A DNA stretch of 64,000 bases, taken from the NCBI GenBank assembly GCA_963773065.1, contig CAVYZN010000004.1, positions 1 to 64,000 on the forward strand, written 5' to 3'. This document shows, one piece after another, positions 10,546-20,051 of this stretch. The position numbers were made by a program, and so were the translations under genes. The stretch comes from an uncultured Gammaproteobacteria bacterium (GTDB lineage Bacteria > Pseudomonadota > Gammaproteobacteria > UBA9214). Under the pieces are notes generated by a model. It searched no databases, was not told the origin of the DNA, and worked only from the letters and a program-made list of their open reading frames with translations. The stretch's first letter is position 1, and each line of letters begins with the position of its first letter.

Positions 10546-12999
10546 TTACTTCATCCCCTCCTCTGCCTTTGCCTTCGGCGAGTACAAAAACAGCGGACCC
10601 TGGAACCCCTCGGCCACCTGCACCCGGCTCAGGCTCGTGCTCACCCGAACACCGATCACGTTGTGCCCCGCCTTCACCTGGTCCGTCACGTCAAAGTCCA
10701 TCACCTGCGGGCGGATGTACGCCTCGTTGTACGGCCGGTGTCCCGAGTACTGCCCGTTCGTCCACACCCACGCCTCGGTCACCACGATCGGCGCGTACAC
10801 GTGGATCGGCTTGCCGATCGCCGACTTGGGTACCTCCAGATCAAACGCGTACCAGATGAACCCGATGTACGGCACCCCCCGGCTGTCCAGCATCCCGTCG
10901 CCCTGCAGATAGAACGGCACCGCCGTGTCGATCTTCCGCCACTTTGAACGGTCGAACCCCGGGTCGTACCACCGCCCGATCCGTCCCATGTCCGCGTCGT
11001 CCAGCTTGAACGACACCTCCTCCGGCGCCTGCACGATCAGGTCCCCCGTCTTGCCCGTCGTCATGTCCAGCAGACGCTGGTAGTGCTCCTTCCGCTGCGT
11101 CAGGTTCCAGTAGGGCGACCCCGCGAAGTACACCAGCCGCGGGTCCTTGCTCTCCGGGTAATAGAAGTACGCGCTGATCTTGTTCAGCGCCTCGCGCTCC
11201 TTGAACATCAGGCCCGCGTGGTGGATCGCCTCCGCCCACTGGCCCCGGAACTCCGCCCGGTTCATCGCCAGGTAGCCCTTCAGGTGGTTGAGGATGTGAC
11301 GGTCCACCGTCACGTGCGTCCGGTACGGCTCGGCGGTCGCCAGCTTCTCCGCCTCCTGCTCGGCCTTCTCCATCGCCGCGATCATCTGGTCCGTGTACAC
11401 GTACGGCAGGATCCGGTCCTCGTGACCCAGCAGCGGCGTGCTCTCCAACGCCTCCTCCAGCGCGTCCCAGTACGCCTGCGCCGGCCCGGCCGCCGGCCCG
11501 TACCACTTCTCGAAGTAGTCCGACAGGATCGCTTTCGCGTCCTCGTCCGCGTGCCAGTACAGCTTCGCCCGTAGGTAGAACGACGTGATCCCGTGTGCCA
11601 TCCACGAGAACGTCTGCTCGTCCTCGAATCCCGCCACGCGCCACTTTTTCATCAGCGGCGTGTTCCGCGCAATCTTCCGCGTCAGCGGCATCGGCGTTAA
11701 CGCATTGACCAGCATCGGGAAGTTGTAGTTGTAAACAAACACCCGCGGGCACAGCTCGGCCCAACGCTTGAGCATCTGACCCTGCATCACCTGCTGCCAG
11801 CTCTTGGGGTCGTCGTACGAGTGCAGCAGGTCCGCCCAGATCGCCGCGAACATCACCCCCATATGCGGGTTGATCGGAACCCCCTCCGGCGGGAACGTCC
11901 GGTTCGCATAGCCGTTGGTCGTGATGATGAAACCCGGGTACTTCTTCTGCACCTCCTCCGTCACCCGATCCATGAACCGGAACCACTCCTCGCTGATCGA
12001 ACGCTCCGTGATCACCCCCTCGCGACCCACCAGGTCCGTGAACCCCCGGTTGAACTCCATCGTCTGCTTCGACAGGTCCATCGGGATCCCGTCGTCCGGG
12101 GCAAACCCCAGCGAGTTCAGCTCCGGGTTCTTCTTCCGCTCCGCGTCGATCCGCGCGATCACCTTCTCCGCCACCAGCTTCGGAACCTCCGGGTTCGACA
12201 GGCTCACCATGTGCGGGTTCCGCGTCCCGTCCAGGTTCTGGGCAAAGTACTCCGGGTGCGTCGCCATCAGCTCCTTGTCCGGCATATACTGGCGCAGGGA
12301 CCTGTCCCACGGGGTCGCCAGCACGTCGATCTGCGAGAGCGTCAGCTTGTTGTGCAGCCGGAAAAGAGCGTCGTCCTCACGCAGCTCCGGCGCCAGGTTC
12401 CCGTTCCACGACCGCACGATGAAGTCCGGCTTGTCGCGGTACGTGAAGTCCTTGACCTCCAGCGTGGGCGTGTGGGGCACGACCTCGCCAAAGTCGCTGG
12501 GCATGAACCAGCGCACGCCCTGGCGGTTGAGGAACTCGCAGACCGCAAAGGCGGTGCCCTGATACGGCCCCATGTCGTTGCCGGCGAGCACGAGCGTGTC
12601 GCCCTTGGCCCAGATCATGTACGCCTCTTCCTTCCGCCCCGGCGTCAGGCCGGTGGGGATGTCCAGCTTCAGCGGGTCGGTGCGCTTGCTGGCGCCCACT
12701 AGCACCACGGGCCCAGCGGGCGCCTGGTCGTCGCCGACGATCGCCAACTGCGCGCCGGTGATTTTCTGTACGTAAAGCTGCAACTGCTCGGCGGCGAAGT
12801 GCACCTTCCCGTCCGGCTCGCCCTTGACACGAACCGCCGGCTTGTAGGGCTTGGCATCCAGCGCCGCCTTGGAAATGACGATGGTCGCGACGGGTTTGCC
12901 GTCCTTCACCAGCGTCACCGCCTGCGCCGGCGACGACGTCAGCACGCACAACCCCACCCAGACCAGCATAGCCAGTGACGCGAACGTGAATCGATGCAT
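10546..12999 (-). CDS. Secreted DUF4838-type protein (GH-like N-terminal domain, C-terminal galactose-binding-like domain)
   Basis: Signal peptide; 'AAEQLQLYVQKITGA', 'GTAFAVCEFL..GVRWFMP..FGEVVP', 'HPEYFA', 'YLRAKLYW..DYFEKWYGPAA'; intact ORF with strong G/C third positions. Confidence 0.7.
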   Translation of the reverse strand: MHRFTFASLAMLVWVGLCVLTSSPAQAVTLVKDGKPVATIVISKAALDAKPYKPAVRVKGEPDGKVHFAAEQLQLYVQKITGAQLAIVGDDQAPAGPVVLVGASKRTDPLKLDIPTGLTPGRKEEAYMIWAKGDTLVLAGNDMGPYQGTAFAVCEFLNRQGVRWFMPSDFGEVVPHTPTLEVKDFTYRDKPDFIVRSWNGNLAPELREDDALFRLHNKLTLSQIDVLATPWDRSLRQYMPDKELMATHPEYFAQNLDGTRNPHMVSLSNPEVPKLVAEKVIARIDAERKKNPELNSLGFAPDDGIPMDLSKQTMEFNRGFTDLVGREGVITERSISEEWFRFMDRVTEEVQKKYPGFIITTNGYANRTFPPEGVPINPHMGVMFAAIWADLLHSYDDPKSWQQVMQGQMLKRWAELCPRVFVYNYNFPMLVNALTPMPLTRKIARNTPLMKKWRVAGFEDEQTFSWMAHGITSFYLRAKLYWHADEDAKAILSDYFEKWYGPAAGPAQAYWDALEEALESTPLLGHEDRILPYVYTDQMIAAMEKAEQEAEKLATAEPYRTHVTVDRHILNHLKGYLAMNRAEFRGQWAEAIHHAGLMFKEREALNKISAYFYYPESKDPRLVYFAGSPYWNLTQRKEHYQRLLDMTTGKTGDLIVQAPEEVSFKLDDADMGRIGRWYDPGFDRSKWRKIDTAVPFYLQGDGMLDSRGVPYIGFIWYAFDLEVPKSAIGKPIHVYAPIVVTEAWVWTNGQYSGHRPYNEAYIRPQVMDFDVTDQVKAGHNVIGVRVSTSLSRVQVAEGFQGPLFLYSPKAKAEEGMK

Positions 13000-13064
13000 G
13001 GGGGCCTTCCTCAAAAGGTTCATCGCGCGGGCGGCTCCGGCGTCGGCTCGATGGTAAACGACAA

Positions 13065-13288
13065 CGCCCGGTATTCGCCAGTTGCGGTTGCAGAGACGCC
13101 GACAGCCGACGCGATTGTGGCATTGGGGGGCGCCGTGGAAGGGCCGGCACCGCCCCGGATTGCGCTGGACCTGTCGGATGCGGCGGATCGGGTGCTGCAC
13201 GCCGCACGCCTCTATCGCGCCGGCAAGGCGCCGGTGGTTGTTATTTCCGGCGGAGCTATCCCTTGGCTGGGTTCGGACATTCCGGAGG
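13065..13288 (+). pseudogene. Second, internally deleted ydcF fragment
   Basis: YSPVAVAETPTADAIVALGGAVEGPAPPRI..SDIPE matches 9760-9978, then jumps at GAGG to sequence matching 10377 onward. Confidence 0.85.
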
Positions 13289-13307
13289 ACGCGTTACCCG
13301 GACTTTT

Positions 13308-13817
13308 TTAGACGCGGTGGGCCGGCCAGAGGTGATCTTTGTCGATCGTGAGTTGCTGTGTTTTACCAAGGATATCCAGCAGGATGATCGAGCGTGCTTC
13401 GCCATCGTGTGCCTTGAAGATGGCCTCCAGCCCTTCCAGGGGGCCGTCCACGATGGTGACGGTAGTGCCTGCTTGGAAACGGGTCTCTTCGGGATGGTGT
13501 AGCTCGGTGTCCGGGTCTGCCGATTGGACTAAGGCATCAATGAGCGGGTCGGGAACTGTTGCCGGCAGGCCGCTGAAGCTGACAAGCTTTGAGACGCCGC
13601 GGGTGGAACGAATGGGAGCGATGTTGTCCGTGCCCAGGTCAAGCCGGATGAAAAGATAGCGAGGGAACAGCGGTTCGATCCGGTGTCGCCACCGGCCGCG
13701 ATAGCGGTGGGCCTGTTTGATTTTGGGCAGATAGATCTCATAGTCCTGGCGGCGCAGATTTTCCGCGGCGATCGTCTCCTGCCGCGGTTTGGTATGGATG
13801 GCGTACCAGTGTTTCAT
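13308..13817 (-). CDS. rfaH: Transcription antiterminator RfaH
   Basis: MKHWYAIHTKPRQE, EPLFPRYLF, IRSTRGVSKLVSF and a KOW motif (IVDGPLEGLEAIF). Confidence 0.93.
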   Translation of the reverse strand: MKHWYAIHTKPRQETIAAENLRRQDYEIYLPKIKQAHRYRGRWRHRIEPLFPRYLFIRLDLGTDNIAPIRSTRGVSKLVSFSGLPATVPDPLIDALVQSADPDTELHHPEETRFQAGTTVTIVDGPLEGLEAIFKAHDGEARSIILLDILGKTQQLTIDKDHLWPAHRV

Positions 13818-13880
13818 GTCGGCTTGAATAACGGAGAAGGGGGCCTGGGTTTGATACTGCATTTCTTCGATATCAGATAG

Positions 13881-14650
13881 TGTCCTTCCCGAAAATACGT
13901 ACTGCCTGGTATTCTTGACCTTTTTCAGGAGCGACGTCAACTGAGAGCCTGTGAAAATATCGCCAGCCTGCTGCGGACGCCGCTTTGCGGCTGCGGCGGC
14001 GTTGCGCCACGCGAAAACTTCGGTCATTTGGCTCGCCAAACTCCCTTGTTTTCGCGCAGCGCGCCTTGCCTCGCACGCCAATCGACGCCCTCGCGACGGC
14101 CGTCAATATTTTCACAGGCTCTGAGGAGTCCTCGGTCATTGTTGCTACCGATCAGGATCCAGAATCATGAAGCCGATTGTTTGCGCGCTGTTACTACTTG
14201 TATCTACCGTGATCCGGTCACGGCTCTCACTGCAGCTAGAGATTGTGGCACTGCGACATCAACTTGCTGTGTATCAGAGAACAACCAAACGCCTGCAGAT
14301 TGGCCCCGGAGACCGTATTCTCTGGTCGTGGCTCTCGCGCCGCTGGTCGGGGTGGCGGGGTGCCCTGGTTTTTGTCCAGACGGGGACCGTGATTGCCTGG
14401 CAGCGTAAACGTTTTCGCGATTATTGGGCCAAATTGAGTAAGCATGGCAGGCCCGGTAGACCGCCGGTATCAGAAGAAATCAAGGCATTGATCCGCAAGA
14501 TGTCGCTGGGAATGGATAGTCTTGAGTCGCGATCGGTGCAGTCACCAGCCCTTGGAAAGGTAGTACAATTTCCAGAAGTCGGTGGCCTACATCATCATTA
14601 CGAACGGTTGGCGGCTTGATAGAGTGTGAAATGAGTTTTCGGGAAGGACA
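13881..14650 (+). mobile_element. IS481-like element with an internally deleted transposase (ORF 14167-14619)
   Basis: Perfect 15-bp terminal IR TGTCCTTCCCGAAAA (13881) / TTTTCGGGAAGGACA (14636-14650); ORF has LRHQLAV..GRPP and GGLHHHYERLAA but no DDE core. Confidence 0.8.
13945..14121. mobile_element. 177-bp MITE, copy 1
   Basis: TIR GAGCCTGTGAAAATAT / ATATTTTCACAGGCTC, TGA target duplication, inverted near-identical copy at 41660-41836. Confidence 0.9.
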
Positions 14651-14724
14651 GGTGCATGGCAATGCAATGCACACCGTGGCCGACCCCGGCCGTCAGATCG
14701 GCGATGAACATACGTGCCGGATCG

Positions 14725-15039
14725 TCAAAAGCCCCTGAACAAGAAGTCGATCGCATCCATGATCTGATCCCGTTGCACCGCAAGCGACAGCACCCTTTTA
14801 CCCAGGGCACGTTTCGGAATTCCAGCAATCTGCTCTGTGACCATGACCACCAGCACACCTTCGATCTCGAACTGTGGGTTGAGGTACTTGGCTGGCTGAC
14901 CGCGTTCGGACAGCAACGCGAGAGGAACGACGACGCGTGTGCTGACGGGTTCCAACAGGTCCGATTGGACTTCCAGTAGATAAGGAACAGCGGGCGCGCT
15001 GTCAGGGTTTGGATTCAGACAAACATCGAACTGGGCCAT
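14725..15039 (-). CDS. ccdB: CcdB family toxin (copy 1)
   Basis: MAQFDV..YLLEVQSDLL..TRVVVPL..LNP..AIDFLF.GF. Confidence 0.92.
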   Translation of the reverse strand: MAQFDVCLNPNPDSAPAVPYLLEVQSDLLEPVSTRVVVPLALLSERGQPAKYLNPQFEIEGVLVVMVTEQIAGIPKRALGKRVLSLAVQRDQIMDAIDFLFRGF

Positions 15040-15284
15040 CAGAACTGGCGCAGCCCATCGCTGAAGACACCATGCTTCTCGACAAAGACATTGTAGTCGT
15101 CCAGAGCGGGGCGGTTATCATCCAGCCACTGCGCACGCCGCTTCTGTCTGATCAGATGAGCGAGTTCATCTTCAAGGGTGGCGGACAGATTGATTTTCAG
15201 AACCTTGGCCTGCTGCAACAGGTCACTGTTGATGCTGACATTCGCCGCTTTTTTCGGGGCATTGATGTTGTAGAATTCGCTCAT
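15039..15284 (-). CDS. ccdA: CcdA antitoxin (copy 1)
   Basis: KKAANVSINSDLL..AKVLKINLS..W..N..YN..HGVFSDGLRQF. Confidence 0.92.
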   Translation of the reverse strand: MSEFYNINAPKKAANVSINSDLLQQAKVLKINLSATLEDELAHLIRQKRRAQWLDDNRPALDDYNVFVEKHGVFSDGLRQF

Positions 15285-15318
15285 CGGAATCAGGAATCAA
15301 TATTAGTTTCGTAACGAG

Positions 15319-15356
15319 TATGCGTTCATACTATGCGCATACGCTATGCGCGTCAA
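15319..15356 (-). promoter_or_regulatory. ccdAB sigma70 promoter with overlapping TATGCG/CGCATA operator-like repeats
   Basis: Minus strand TTGACG (15356-15351), 17-nt spacer, TAGTAT (15333-15328); palindrome TATGCGCATA in the spacer. Confidence 0.7.
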
Positions 15357-15449
15357 TATCGAAAGGTCGTAATACCGTGGATACAACTTATTGACATATA
15401 TACGAAGCTATTTAGTGTTTCTGAGGCTGCATGTACCTGCGGGTAAGGT

Positions 15450-15590
15450 CGGAGGTCGCATCCGCCAGATGCTCCGGCGCGAGATGGGCGTACCGCAAGA
15501 CCATCTCATAGGACTTCCTTCCACCGAGCTTCATCAACTCTTGCAGGCTGGTGCCGTGCATGACATGCCAAGTCGCCCAGGTATGTGGTT
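15450..15590 (-). pseudogene. Tyrosine integrase C-terminal relic
   Basis: HTWATWHVMHGTSLQELMKLGGRKSYEMVLRYAHLAPEHL. Confidence 0.85.
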
Positions 15591-15592
15591 TC

Positions 15593-15669
15593 TTCGGACA
15601 TTTCTGAGGGGGTGGCGCCGTCAAGCGCAGTATGTGTTTCAAGCGAAAATTGCGAATTCCCCATAGACA
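15593..15669 (-). mobile_element. Tiny relic of the IS481-like element at 18033-19232
   Basis: cgccgtcaagcgcagtatgtg matches about 18163-18183 and is fused to tttcaagcgaaaattgcg..catagaca, which matches the 19197-19232 end. Confidence 0.7.
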
Positions 15670-15760
15670 GGCTCGCGGCATGAACACAAGTACCATGAAC
15701 GTTGTGATTTAATCGTGTTACGAGTTTTCGGGACACACAGATATGGAAAGCTGACTTTGG

Positions 15761-16168
15761 CTAACCGAGGTGATTCAAGAACTCGGCGACGGTTTGGATA
15801 CAGATGCCAAATGTATTTTCCGGTTGATTCATAAAGGGTCCAAAGTCCTTAAGATCACCGGTAAGCAGGTGGGTTGCCTGACAAGCCAGCGCCGCTTGGA
15901 ATATCGGTTGGTCCTTTTGTGCAAGGCATTCAGGGAAGCCAAGGCCAGCTCGATGTTCAACAAGGCGGACGCCGCGCTGGAGTGTGCCAAGACTTTCCAG
16001 GAAACGCGGAAATTTTCTCTCCAGGTTGCGGCGCGCTTCTTCCAGCGCATAGGGGCTCGAGAACAGTTCCCAGTAACCTTGGACCCCGAGCTCGATAACC
16101 AGTGTGGCTTTTCCTCTCGGATTATGTGCCGCAGTGAATAATATGTTCGCGTCAAGAAACAGCCTCAT
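15761..16168 (-). CDS. PIN-domain (VapC-like) toxin
   Basis: MRLFLDANILF..EEARRNL..KDQPI..LLTGDLKDF. Confidence 0.88.
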   Translation of the reverse strand: MRLFLDANILFTAAHNPRGKATLVIELGVQGYWELFSSPYALEEARRNLERKFPRFLESLGTLQRGVRLVEHRAGLGFPECLAQKDQPIFQAALACQATHLLTGDLKDFGPFMNQPENTFGICIQTVAEFLNHLG

Positions 16169-16419
16169 TTTTTTGATGCAGCCAGCGTGTCTACTATTTG
16201 AGACCGCTCTTGATCTGAAAGTTTATCCTCGGCATCCCACTGAGCGATTTGCTCATCGCTGTAGTGCTGGACTTCGAAGACTATGCCCGGCTTGAGTACG
16301 ACTTCATTACCGCGCTCTTCCAGAATCACGACGTCACCGCTTCTGATCCCCAGGCGTTTGCGTAGTGCGGCGGGCAGGGTGATCTGGCCGCGGCTGGATA
16401 CCACCAGTGTTTCACTCAT
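16165..16419 (-). CDS. AbrB/MazE-fold antitoxin (VapB-like)
   Basis: MSETLVVSSRGQITLPAALRKRLGIRSGD; ATGA overlap with the PIN gene. Confidence 0.88.
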   Translation of the reverse strand: MSETLVVSSRGQITLPAALRKRLGIRSGDVVILEERGNEVVLKPGIVFEVQHYSDEQIAQWDAEDKLSDQERSQIVDTLAASKK

Positions 16420-16761
16420 TTGTTTCACCTTGCAATTCGATTCCGAGATGCAGAGTTTAGCATATATTCGGAAATACGGAAAATATGCTAATAACTCTTG
16501 AGTTACAAAGTTTGTGTAACACAATGGTATCTATCGTAAAGATGTTACGTAAGAAGTCACATGTAGCTGGGGAATAAGATCAATTCCCCTTGGAGATGCC
16601 ACCTTATTCCGCAAATCGATGGCATTCCATCTGGTATTCGTGGCATGCGGGAGTTTTGCGGGATTCAGTTATGCATCGTCCTGCATTGTTGTGCAAATAG
16701 GCCAACGGGCATTCCAGTAATCTATATTTAAAAACATAATGTTAGCGATTGTACTGCTAAA

Positions 16762-16795
16762 TACGAACCAGGTGGTCGGGAGTTCGAATCTCTCC
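16762..16795 (+). mobile_element. att-site relic: truncated 3' half of tRNA-Arg(ACG)
   Basis: tacgaaccaggtggtcgggagttcgaatctctcc; the preceding about 175 bp is similar to 22736-22910. Confidence 0.8.
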
Positions 16796-17305
16796 TAGCG
16801 ATAAATCCCATATTATAACAATTAGTTATAAGATATTTCTCCCGTCCTTTCTTGGTCGAGATTGTTTCGCTATCCTAATTCACATTCCTTAGTAATCAGA
16901 GGCTTAAGGCAGGTTAGAGCATCTGGTTAGAGTACAGTCGATCAGGAGTTCGACTGCAAACGTTGTAATATGTATCAATGGCTTACAGTTCTCTTGATTT
17001 ATCGACTGTCCAATAGTTGCCAGATTATCTAATAAAATCAGCTTTCCCTGCCTTTGAAGATCATGGATGTGGTAAGGGAAACACCGGCTTGAACCGATCC
17101 ATCATCAGCGCCCAAATCAAGGAAACTGCGGTAACGGTAGAACTGGATGTGATGAATGAATTGTGTCGTTATTCAACTGCCAGATTAGCGATCTTTTCGA
17201 ATAGATCGCAGATACTAACGATCCATCCATCAGATTGAACGGAAAACCTCCCAAACTGGGACATTTTTTCTTGCTCCCGTGGTGGGAGCATGTTAGGGTC
17301 TGTCA

Positions 17306-17611
17306 ATGAGGGTGATCGCAAAGTCCAAGCTGAGGCAATTTTGGGAGAGTAGTGCGAAATATAGAGATGCAAAGAATCAAATGACGGAGTGGTACAACTA
17401 TTGTGCAACGGCAAAATGGAGTACGCCGCACAAATTGAAGGCAGACTTACGTAATGCGAGCATCTAAAAAAACAACCGTGTTGTTTTTAATATATGTGGT
17501 AACAAATACAGAATTGTAGTTCTTGTGGATTATGTTCGGCATGGGATGCTAATTCGCTTTGTGGGAACACATAAGGAATATGACGAGATCGGGGATATTG
17601 AGAATATTTGA
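17306..17611 (+). pseudogene. higB: HigB toxin with an in-frame nonsense codon (TAA at 17465)
   Basis: Manual translation: MRVIAKSKLRQFWE..W.TP..LK..NASI*KNNRVVFNICGNKYR..IRFVGTHKEYD. Confidence 0.88.
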
Positions 17612-17619
17612 GGTTCGTG

Positions 17620-17970
17620 ATGAAACTGAAGCCTATTCAAAATGACCGTGAGCTAAACCGTGCGTTAGAGCGCATCGATGAGCTATGGGGTGAAAAACCC
17701 AATACACCAAGAGGCGATGAGTTGGATGTCTTAATGCTGCTCGTTGAGAAGTATGAAGATGAACACTATGCAATTCCCGCCTCGGACCCTATTGAGGCGA
17801 TCAAGTTTTTAATGGAGCAGAACAACTTGTCGCGTAAGGATCTGGAACCGTATATCGGGACGAGTGGACGTGTGTCTGAGGTGCTGAGTAAAAAGCGAAG
17901 TCTGACGCTGGCAATGATCCGGAAATTGCATGAAGGTCTTAAGATTCCCTACGAGTGTCTTATTGCGTAA
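17620..17970 (+). CDS. higA: HigA antitoxin (HTH)
   Basis: LVEKYEDEHYAI..DPIEAIKFLMEQ..RVSEVLSKKRSLTLAMIRKLH. Confidence 0.92.
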   Translation: MKLKPIQNDRELNRALERIDELWGEKPNTPRGDELDVLMLLVEKYEDEHYAIPASDPIEAIKFLMEQNNLSRKDLEPYIGTSGRVSEVLSKKRSLTLAMIRKLHEGLKIPYECLIA

Positions 17971-18032
17971 AGTAATTAGAATCCCTAAGAGAAATTGGCA
18001 AATAATCGTCCAATAGAGGGCGCCAAATAACT

Positions 18033-19232
18033 TGTGCATGGCGAATTGCTACTCAGGCAGCTATGGGCAGTTGGTAAAGACCGCGGCAATGAGATTTCCA
18101 GCGAAACCGGCTGAGGTCGGCGCGGCGGATGAGGGGTTCACCGGAGATTTCTGACGGTGTATCGCCGTCAAGCGCAGTATGTGCACGATGCGTGTTGTAA
18201 TACTGCCGGAATCCTTCAAGTTTTCGTTCCAGATCACTTGCATTCCAAAAGATCACATGGTCAAGGAATTCGCGGCGAATGGTCCCGATCAGTCGCTCGA
18301 TGAAGGGATGCGATAAAGGAGCGTAAGAAACGGATTTGATTTCCTGGATATCCAGGATGCGCAGATTCGCCTGCCAGCGGTGATAACGAAACAGCGGATC
18401 ATTGTCGGAGCTGAGGTAGTGGGGGATTCCTTGGTTCGTGACAATCAGATTGAAAAGACGACACAGGGCGATCCCATTGACATCACCGGCATGGACACCC
18501 AAGCCGATGATGCGGCGCGTGAACTGGTCCATGACCACGAGTACCCAGTGGCTCTTCAAAAGAATGGATTCACAGCGAAACAGGTCAATACTCCAGAGGC
18601 TGTCCTTCGCGTGTCCGAGGAAGGTCAGCCACGACGGACCGCCACCATTGGGATCTGGCCGGTAATGCGCGGCGAGGACGCGTCGCACGACAGCTTTATC
18701 GATGTTGATGCCGAATGCCTTGTTGATCTGCTGCGCGATCCGTGGGCAGCCAAACCGTGGGTTGCGTTGCTTCAGATCAACGATGGCCTGGATAAGTTCT
18801 GGTGACGGACCCTTGGGGCCAGACTTGCCTTTGCGGCTGGAAGAGTACAGCAGTCGATATTTTCGCTGCTTGAGCAGGTTGTGGAATTTTAACAACGTCG
18901 ATGGCCGGATAATCACGGCAGCTCGCTGGATATGGCGTGGGTTGAGAAACAGTGACCAGATGCCGAGCAGGAAACGATCCAGTGCCGAGAGATTGGGAGC
19001 ACGCCGTCGGGCGCGATTCATGATTAGGAGTTGCTGCTTCATGAGCAGGCTTTCGGCGACGACGGCCTTCGCGCCGCTGGGTCCCAGGAGCTTGGCGATG
19101 GTGGTCAGTAAATGGGCGAGGAGCGACAGCAGATCCTTCATGGCAGAGCAGGGTAGGGGAGGTAGTCTTTAGGAGCAAGTCTGTCAATGTCATCAGTTTC
19201 AAGCGAAAATTGCGGATTCGCCGCCATAGACA
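18033..19232 (-). mobile_element. IS481-like insertion sequence with integrase-core (rve) transposase at 18053-19141
   Basis: TGT...ACA ends with imperfect IR (TGTGCATGGCG / CGCCATAGACA); DDE motifs WSIDLF, SSDNDPLF, ERLIGTIRREFLD, YYNTHRAH. Confidence 0.8.
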
Positions 19233-19385
19233 CCCGGGAAAAGCGCACGATGCGTAGTGGTGGGTACTCCAGGCGCGGCCGCCAGGCTTTCTCGCCGATG
19301 GCCAGCCAGACTTCAAACGGTGCTTGGGTAGTGAGGTCATGAAAACGCAGGGCGGACAGCAGACAGACCACGCCTTTGGGTACGT
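19233..19385 (-). pseudogene. Type IV TA AbiEi antitoxin internal fragment
   Basis: VCLLSALRFHDLTTQAPFEVWLAI..PRLEYPPLRIVRFS. Confidence 0.8.
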
Positions 19386-19386
19386 T

Positions 19387-19701
19387 TCAAAAGCCACTGA
19401 ACAGGAAGTCGATCGCATCTATGATCTGATCCCTTTGTACCACAAGCGACAGCACCCTTTTACCCAGGGCACGTTTCGGAATTCCAGCGATCTGCTCTGT
19501 GACCATGACCACCAGAACACCTTCGATCTCGAACTGTGGGTTGAGGTACTTGGCTGGTTGACCGCGTTCGGACAGCAACGCGAGAGGAACGACGACGCGT
19601 GTGCTGACGGGTTCCAACAGGTCCGATTGGACTTCCAATAGATAAGGAACAGCGGGCGCGCTGTCAGGGTTTGGATTCAGACAAACATCGAACTGGGCCA
19701 T
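19387..19701 (-). CDS. ccdB: CcdB family toxin (copy 2)
   Basis: Near-identical to 14725-15039. Confidence 0.92.
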   Translation of the reverse strand: MAQFDVCLNPNPDSAPAVPYLLEVQSDLLEPVSTRVVVPLALLSERGQPAKYLNPQFEIEGVLVVMVTEQIAGIPKRALGKRVLSLVVQRDQIIDAIDFLFSGF

Positions 19702-19946
19702 CAGAACTGGCGCAGCCCATCGCTGAAGACACCATGCTTCTCGACAAAGACATTGTAGTCGTCCAGAGCGGGGCGGTTATCATCCAGCCACTGCGCACGC
19801 CGCTTCTGTCTGATCAGGTGAGCGAGTTCATCTTCAAGGGTGGCGGACAGATTGATTTTCAGAACTTTGGCCTGCTGCAACAGGTCACTGTTGATGCTGA
19901 CATTCGCCGCTTTTTTCGGGGCATTGATGTTGTAGAATTCGCTCAT
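19701..19946 (-). CDS. ccdA: CcdA antitoxin (copy 2)
   Basis: Protein identical to 15039-15284. Confidence 0.92.
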   Translation of the reverse strand: MSEFYNINAPKKAANVSINSDLLQQAKVLKINLSATLEDELAHLIRQKRRAQWLDDNRPALDDYNVFVEKHGVFSDGLRQF

Positions 19947-20051
19947 CGGAATCAGGAACCAATATTAGTTTGGCGTATTCCGGCGAAGTTGAACACCGAT
20001 TCCGGACGAACGTGAACACCTGATTTCACAACGCATCACGGAGTGTGCTTT

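Noticed and set aside
10841-12702. Long alternative-frame and antisense ORFs over the DUF4838 gene (also over the MCO, hydrolase and cgs genes)
   Set aside because: Shadow ORFs caused by high GC3; low-complexity Arg/Gly/Pro translations without motifs
13818-14081. N-terminal extension of RfaH in the ORF track
   Set aside because: It comes from read-through of MITE and IS sequence; homology starts at MKHWY (13817)
16910-16956. tRNA-like text (ggttagagca..gttcgact)
   Set aside because: No consistent cloverleaf or CCA end; too degenerate to call
14700-19950. Integron cassette array carrying TA modules
   Set aside because: No IntI-type integrase and no convincing attC sites seen; the structure is explained by tRNA att relics and IS elements
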